Positions 58,522-64,000 of a stretch of 64,000 nucleotides of DNA are shown in pieces. The notes beneath the pieces were generated by a model. That model saw only the letters and a list, made by a program, of their open reading frames with translations. It ran no database searches and was not told where the DNA came from. Location of the stretch: positions 864,001-928,000 of the forward strand of contig OY762209.1 in NCBI GenBank assembly GCA_963665295.1. Reading direction: 5' to 3'. Position numbers and translations under genes: made by a program. The DNA is from Syntrophorhabdaceae bacterium (lineage in GTDB: Bacteria; Desulfobacterota; Syntrophorhabdia; Syntrophorhabdales; Syntrophorhabdaceae). How positions within the stretch are numbered: the stretch's first letter is position 1; each line of letters begins with the position of its first letter.

Positions 58522-58974
58522 CTATTTCGACTCCCATCCGACGATAGGCTCCGGTCTATAACGCTCACGAAGAGGATGTTCTTCCCTGGAACCTATGGCC
58601 GCTTCGATTTCCCTCTTCACTGAGTTGATGTCAAAGGGCTTGGCAATGAGGGCATGGGCCCCCATTTCCACGGAAAGCCGCTTCGACCTGTCATCCGGAA
58701 GGCCGGTCACCAGAAAAAAGATGACCTCCCTGTCCATGGCCCGTACCGTCTCAAGAAGCTTCAGACCGTCCATCCGGGGCATGGCGCAGTCGGAGATTAT
58801 ACAGTCAAATTCCCCGGGCATGAACTTTTCGATTGCATCGGCTCCGTCCGAGGCAGTCACGACCTCATAGTCGAAACACGCGAAGAAGTCGCTCATCATG
58901 TCCCTTATTAACGCTTCATCATCGATTACCATGATCCGCCTGGTCGGCACTGTTCGAACCTTCCCCGGGGTCAT
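58522..58974 (-). CDS. Single-domain response regulator
   Basis: MVIDDE, ISDCAMP, LVTG, IAKPF; start uncertain. Confidence 0.85.
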   Translation of the reverse strand: MTPGKVRTVPTRRIMVIDDEALIRDMMSDFFACFDYEVVTASDGADAIEKFMPGEFDCIISDCAMPRMDGLKLLETVRAMDREVIFFLVTGLPDDRSKRLSVEMGAHALIAKPFDINSVKREIEAAIGSREEHPLRERYRPEPIVGWESK

Positions 58975-59330
58975 TCCCGAAGCATGATCTTCAGGGTCCC
59001 CTCTCTTCGCGTGCTCTCTTCCCATCCCGGTACGGCCGACACTGCGGGGTCCGGACCTTTTGACCGGATCTGCGCCGTGACTTCTCTATTAGAGAAGTCG
59101 GGAAAACCAGCCGGCAAGTTACATATCCGAAGCGGACACGTTTTCACGCGTCACGGGACGCACAAACGCCGGGATACGAGGGCAGGCTACCGCCCTCCGC
59201 TCGTTCGGTGCGATAGAAATGGCCGGTGTGTTCATGAGACTGGTCCAAAAGCCGGGGCTGTCGGCACGCGATTCCTCGTCGTTCGACGAGTCTTTAAGCC
59301 GGCGAGGGGATGATGAGGTAACTAGGGTGA

Positions 59331-59418
59331 GACCGGCAACCCTGCCGCCATAGGTTAAACCCTTAGGCCATCGGCTTTGCGCCCTCGCCTTTCGGCGAGT
59401 TTGCCCTTTTCAGCTATT
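59331..59418 (-). ncRNA. c-di-GMP-I (GEMM) riboswitch
   Basis: Minus strand AGGGCAAAC-TCGCC-GAAA-GGCGAG-GGCGCAAAGCC-GATGGCCTAAG...ATGGCGGCAGGGTTGCCG matches the GEMM consensus. Confidence 0.88.
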
Positions 59419-59421
59419 CCA

Positions 59422-59450
59422 AATATACAAACTTGCACAAATCTTGTCAA
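59422..59450 (-). promoter_or_regulatory. Sigma70 promoter TTGACA-N17-TATATT driving the riboswitch leader
   Basis: -35 at 59450-59445 and -10 at 59427-59422. Confidence 0.75.
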
Positions 59451-59521
59451 GGTATATCCGAAAATGTTTTTCGGAAAGACGGCAAGGCACGCCGGACGGC
59501 CCCGGCAAGTCGAACAGGCCC

Positions 59522-61246
59522 TTACTGCGCCCCTTTCTTCTCTCTTTCCGCCTCGATCCATTTTCCGATCTCCTCGTCAAGGAGCGGCAGCGGGAGGGGG
59601 CCGTTATCGAGAAGCGCATTATGGAAGCGGGGCAGGTCAAATGCCGGGCCCAGTTCCCATTCGGCTTTTACCCGCAATTGCTTGATCGCGAGTTCTCCGA
59701 TCTTGTATGCGAGGGCCTGGCCGGGCCACACGATATAGCGGTCCACCTCAATCTCTATATCCTGCTCAGTCTTTGCCGTGTTCTCCCTTATATAATCCAC
59801 GGCCTGCTGCCGCGTCCAGCCGAACCGGTGAAGCCCGGTGTCCACCACCAGCCGGCACGCCCGCCACATCTCGTAGGTGAGTTGCCCGAACCGGGAATAG
59901 GGATCGGTGTAAAAGCCCATGGCGGTGCCGAGACTCTCCGCGTAAAGCGCCCAACCCTCGACAAAGGCGGTGTACGAGGCATTGCGTCTGAAGTCGGGCA
60001 GGTGGCGAAGCTCCTGGGCCCTCGCGATCTGCAGGTGATGCCCGGGCACTGCTTCGTGGAGCGTGAGGGCCTCCATTTCGTATTTCGGCCTCATGTCGAG
60101 ACGGTAGGTGTTCACCATAAAGTATCCTGCCCTGGACCCGTCCGATGCGCCCGGGTAGTACATGGCGGTGGTCTGGGTCGGGGCTTCATAGTCAGGGAAG
60201 GGGCGCACGCCGTAAGGCGTCCGGGGGAGCTCCGCAAAGAGGGCGGGCAATTCCGCGTCGGCCCGCTTCGCAATATCGCGGTAGGCCGTCACCAGACCTC
60301 CTGCCCTGGAAAAATAGAAGCGGGGATCGGTCCTGAGGAAGACTGCAAATTCCTGCAGAGAACCCTGGAATCGTGTCTCCTCCATGACCGAGTCCATCTC
60401 GGCGCGGATGCGCTCCACTTCCCTGATCCCGGTTTGATGGATTGTCCCTGGATCGAGGTCCTTCGTGGTATGCTCCCGGATACAATGTGCGTAATAGGCC
60501 TCGCCGTCGGGAAGGGCCGATGCGCCGATCCGCCGGTTGCCGGCAGGCAGGTATGTCTCCGTGATGAATTCCCGCAAACGCTCCATTGCGGGGAATACGG
60601 AGTCTGCGATCAATTTGCGGGCCTCCGACCGGAATTCCTCGCGGTCCGCCCCGGAAACGGTTTCGGGAATCTTGTTGAGAGGGGCATACATGGGACTTTG
60701 CTCCACCTCTTTCACGAGCTGCCCGGCGATCTGGTCCGGCACCACGGCAAGGGGCCCCTGCGGCTGCACCCAGTTGAGCTCCACCCCATGACGGAGCAAG
60801 CGGATCACCTGCTCCAGATAAAGGGGGAACCGGGAGAGTCTCGCAAGATAGTTCCGGTAATCCGCGCCCGTCTTAAACGGTGTTGCCGTGACCAGTTGGG
60901 GAAAACTCAATTGCGGTCCCCATACCTGGGTAAGGAACATGACAGGGGGAAACTGCTGCGCCTGAACGGCGAGGGTAAGTTCCCAGCGGAGGAGCGCGTG
61001 GGACAAGATGTCCTGTCCTGAGAGCAGCGCCGGGTCGATACGGAGCAATCGCTCCTCCATGCGGCGCTCGTCGGCGTTACGCCTGTCGATGGCTTCAAAA
61101 GAAAGGTCCGTGAACAGGTCGTTATACCTGTTGTCGCCTGTCCAGGTGGAAAGCTCCGGGAACTCGCGCAATTGCCGGTCCCAATATTCCTTCTCCAACG
61201 CGCCGAATTCGGCCGCGGCTTTCATTTCCTCATCTCTCGGTTCCAT
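59522..61246 (-). CDS. DUF885 family protein (metallopeptidase-like)
   Basis: HEAVPGHHLQ, FVEGWALYAE, RLVVDTGLH, PGQALAYKIG. Confidence 0.9.
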   Translation of the reverse strand: MEPRDEEMKAAAEFGALEKEYWDRQLREFPELSTWTGDNRYNDLFTDLSFEAIDRRNADERRMEERLLRIDPALLSGQDILSHALLRWELTLAVQAQQFPPVMFLTQVWGPQLSFPQLVTATPFKTGADYRNYLARLSRFPLYLEQVIRLLRHGVELNWVQPQGPLAVVPDQIAGQLVKEVEQSPMYAPLNKIPETVSGADREEFRSEARKLIADSVFPAMERLREFITETYLPAGNRRIGASALPDGEAYYAHCIREHTTKDLDPGTIHQTGIREVERIRAEMDSVMEETRFQGSLQEFAVFLRTDPRFYFSRAGGLVTAYRDIAKRADAELPALFAELPRTPYGVRPFPDYEAPTQTTAMYYPGASDGSRAGYFMVNTYRLDMRPKYEMEALTLHEAVPGHHLQIARAQELRHLPDFRRNASYTAFVEGWALYAESLGTAMGFYTDPYSRFGQLTYEMWRACRLVVDTGLHRFGWTRQQAVDYIRENTAKTEQDIEIEVDRYIVWPGQALAYKIGELAIKQLRVKAEWELGPAFDLPRFHNALLDNGPLPLPLLDEEIGKWIEAEREKKGAQ

Positions 61247-61357
61247 AGTTCCCTCCTTCACGGTACGTCTGTTTTCCGGCCCGGGCAGGCCCGTTATGAG
61301 AATCTATGATCGGGGAGGGAAAAGTGCAAACCTGAAGGCGTGAAAACCGGCTATGGC

Positions 61358-62521
61358 CTACCTTATTTCCTTCATGGGTATGATGAGGGCGCTCGAAAGA
61401 GTCGTAAGCACACCGAGGACAAGTATGCCCACCCTGAAGCTTGCCAGGTCGCCCGACAATCCGAGAAGGTAGGGTATGAGCCCTATGCCGAAGACCGACC
61501 CGAAGGTGATCACGAACCCCGTGGCCTGCCCCCTTTCCTCCTTGCTGAACATCCTCGAAATGGTGACGATGGAGATAGGGAAAAACCCCGTGGCGATGCT
61601 GGCCTGCAGGAAGAGGAGTATCCTGATCCACCGCACATCCTTTATGACGAGAAGGGTGGTGAGGATCCCTGTTGCCGCAAGGAGCACAAAAGTGGTCTTC
61701 TTCAGGCTGAACCTGTCGGCGAAGAACCCCGCGGCGATGGAAACGACTACCCCTCCCAGACGGGAGAAGCCGAAGGTCGCGTTGGCCTCACCCATGGATA
61801 CGCCCAACTCCTTGGTCAGGTACAGGGGGATGATGAAATAGAGGCCGAGGTTCGCCCCCGCCGCGAATATCCATATGATACCGTTCAGCCATAGGGCCTT
61901 CTTCTTCATGAGGGCTGCCTGGAAATACTGTTTCTTTCCTTCTGTCTTCAACCCTTCAACCGTTGCTGCGAAGATCACGCCGCAGGCGAAATATGCGATG
62001 GCGAGAAGGGCGAACATGGTGCGCCACGGGACAAAGGAGAGGAAGAAGAGGACCACGAAAGGCGCGCCGAAAATACTCATGGAGGCTGCCGAGTCGTGAA
62101 TGGAGATGACCCGGCCCCATACCCGTTCCGAATAGTATTCCGTAATGATGGGAATGATATTGGGAAGGTACATGCCCGTGGTCATGCCCAGAATGAACCC
62201 GAGGACAGAAAGGGCATTGAAGCTTTTCACAAAAGGCATGGACAGGTATATGCAGGTCGTGACCATGAGGGACACGACTATCGCCTTTTTTGAACCGAAT
62301 AAGCTTGAAAAGACACCGGAGAAGAAGAGGCTGCACGCGTATCCCGCGGACACGAGGGCCGCGATGCTGCTTGCCCTCGCGTGGGTGACGTGGAACTCGT
62401 CCTCCAGCAGGGGAAGGATCGGCGAAAAGATGGTCCGTCCCGTAAAGTTGAGAAACCACAGGAGCCAGATAAAGGAGAGGAAGAGAAAGGCCTTGCCTGT
62501 GAGGGATTCGAAACGGTTCAC
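61358..62521 (-). CDS. MFS transporter
   Basis: About 12 TM segments, RTIFSPILPLLE, GFFADRFS; start near 62521. Confidence 0.88.
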   Translation of the reverse strand: MNRFESLTGKAFLFLSFIWLLWFLNFTGRTIFSPILPLLEDEFHVTHARASSIAALVSAGYACSLFFSGVFSSLFGSKKAIVVSLMVTTCIYLSMPFVKSFNALSVLGFILGMTTGMYLPNIIPIITEYYSERVWGRVISIHDSAASMSIFGAPFVVLFFLSFVPWRTMFALLAIAYFACGVIFAATVEGLKTEGKKQYFQAALMKKKALWLNGIIWIFAAGANLGLYFIIPLYLTKELGVSMGEANATFGFSRLGGVVVSIAAGFFADRFSLKKTTFVLLAATGILTTLLVIKDVRWIRILLFLQASIATGFFPISIVTISRMFSKEERGQATGFVITFGSVFGIGLIPYLLGLSGDLASFRVGILVLGVLTTLSSALIIPMKEIR

Positions 62522-62759
62522 GGAATCAATGCTAACCCACAAGGACGCCCAATTGCAACGCCTGTTTCCGTATCCTGACCCGTCAGTCCCGGTGTTACGC
62601 GAGAAGGACCCATCGGGACATTGTCCCGTCCTCCCTACAACGTCGGGCCCGGGCTGCACGCCATGGCGACGCTGCTTCGCCTGTAGTTAACCCTCGCCTT
62701 TTCCATTGACACGGGTAGTATCTCATTGTAGAAGATAGATCATATCCCGGAGGTGCCCC

Positions 62760-63686
62760 ATGAAACGATCCGCCCTGGTTATACGCCTTTCCCTTCTTGC
62801 CCTGTTCCTCTTTTGCGCTCCCGTCACATGGGGGGCCGAAACATCCGCGCCGCCCCCGGCGGCAACGGACCAGGCCCCGGCAACGCAGACGGTTCGCGTG
62901 GGCGACATCGATGTGAGCTACAGGGTCGTGGGCTCCGGGTTCCCCATTGTACTCATTCCCGGATACAGCGCGACCATGGATATGTGGGATCCCCTCATGA
63001 TAAAGAGGCTTTCATCCCGTTTCAAGGTCATTCTCTTCGACAACCGGGGGATAGGTCGGACGACCTCTTCGACCAAGCCCTTCACCATAGAACTTTTCGC
63101 GGAAGACACGCGGGGCCTCATGGATGCCCTCAAGATACGGAAGGCCCACATCCTCGGCTGGTCCATGGGCACCTTCATCGCCACGGAGATGGCCCTGAGA
63201 TACCCGGACCGGGTGGAAAAACTGGTCCTCTACGCAGGCAACTGCGCATGGTCGGGCAACGGAACGGTAAAGCCCCGCCCCGAGGTCTCGAAGGACCTCA
63301 TGGACCTTTCAGGTACCCCGGAAGAGAGGTCGAAGCGCCTCATAAGCATACTCTTTCCGGAAAAATGGCTCCTCGATCATCCCGATTTCCTGAAGAGTCT
63401 CCCGGGACCCGCGATTCCCGTGTCACGTGAGACCAGTGAAGCACAAGGCCGGGCCATAGACGCGTGGACCGGGACCTGCGGCAGGCTCGCAAGCCTCGCA
63501 AAGCCCACCCTTGTCATAACAGGGACGGAAGACGTGATCATCCCTCCGGCGAACTCCCTTCGGATGGCCTCGAAGATCCCCGGGTCCTGGCTGATAAGGA
63601 TACCCGGCGGCCACGCCAACATGTATCAGTTCCCCGGCACTTTCAGCCAATGCCTCCTTACCTTCCTCGAGGCGGAGCAGGAGTAG
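62760..63686 (+). CDS. Exported alpha/beta hydrolase
   Basis: Signal peptide; FDNRGIG, GWSMG, GTEDVII, GGH. Confidence 0.9.
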   Translation: MKRSALVIRLSLLALFLFCAPVTWGAETSAPPPAATDQAPATQTVRVGDIDVSYRVVGSGFPIVLIPGYSATMDMWDPLMIKRLSSRFKVILFDNRGIGRTTSSTKPFTIELFAEDTRGLMDALKIRKAHILGWSMGTFIATEMALRYPDRVEKLVLYAGNCAWSGNGTVKPRPEVSKDLMDLSGTPEERSKRLISILFPEKWLLDHPDFLKSLPGPAIPVSRETSEAQGRAIDAWTGTCGRLASLAKPTLVITGTEDVIIPPANSLRMASKIPGSWLIRIPGGHANMYQFPGTFSQCLLTFLEAEQE

Positions 63687-63768
63687 AACGGGGCTTCCCC
63701 ATCCGGCGGGCGGCGCGAGGGGGATAGGCCGGCGTCCATTACCGGCCGCGGGCCATACGCAAGGAGCC

Positions 63769-64000
63769 TCACTTCCCGCTCTGCTTTGCCGTATGGGTCT
63801 TCTTCTTCCCGCTCTTGGTGAGGGTTACGGTAATAGTGGCCGTCTGGCTCTTTTTCAATCCGTTGGGCGCCACATCATACAGCACGGCCTGGTCGCCGGC
63901 GCCGCTTGTCGTGACAAGGGTGATCCATGGCTTGTTGGCGGCCACGGTCCACGCACAGTCCTTCGGCGATACGGTAAGATTGAAGCTGTAACCTGTTCCT
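63769..64000 (-). CDS. 3' end of a BACON/Ig-like domain protein (partial)
   Basis: Manual translation ...FNLTVSPKDCAWTVAANKPWITLVTTSGAGDQAVLYDVAPN...TATITV...QSGK*. Confidence 0.7.
   Translation of the reverse strand, partial: GTGYSFNLTVSPKDCAWTVAANKPWITLVTTSGAGDQAVLYDVAPNGLKKSQTATITVTLTKSGKKKTHTAKQSGK

Noticed and set aside
59444..61021. Long antisense ORFs (also 18054-19316, 21353-22561, 56798-58135, 36876-37922, 10611-11465)
   Set aside because: Each lies opposite a well-supported gene and has no recognisable domain.

Overview
Bacterial chromosomal window; the gene content (SahR-ahcY, PaaK-type ligase, TRAP DctP, multi-PAS kinase, HD-GYP) suggests an anaerobic deltaproteobacterium such as a Syntrophorhabdus-like organism, which is an inference only. 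1-8.7 kb is a minus-strand type I restriction-modification operon with two HsdM genes (NPPF and NPPY) and two embedded cargo genes: a DUF4062/HATPase/HTH protein and a GmrSD-like nuclease fused to a Schlafen/AlbA_2 domain. 9-26.9 kb holds metabolic and regulatory genes plus an IS630 copy. 26.9-46.8 kb is an AT-richer accessory mosaic with IS630 x2, IS3 x2, IS66 and IS21 remnants, a duplicated CMD block, IS-broken genes, small co-oriented envelope genes, and a glucosylglycerate/osmoadaptation island led by a VapBC pair whose toxin has lost two catalytic Asp residues. Short GGGAC/GTCCC motifs related to a RAYT remnant recur at many junctions. 47-64 kb holds signalling and housekeeping genes, including a c-di-GMP-I riboswitch upstream of a receiver protein and an HD-GYP phosphodiesterase. 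No CRISPR array, rRNA or tRNA was recognised. All family calls come from motif recognition by eye, without database searches.
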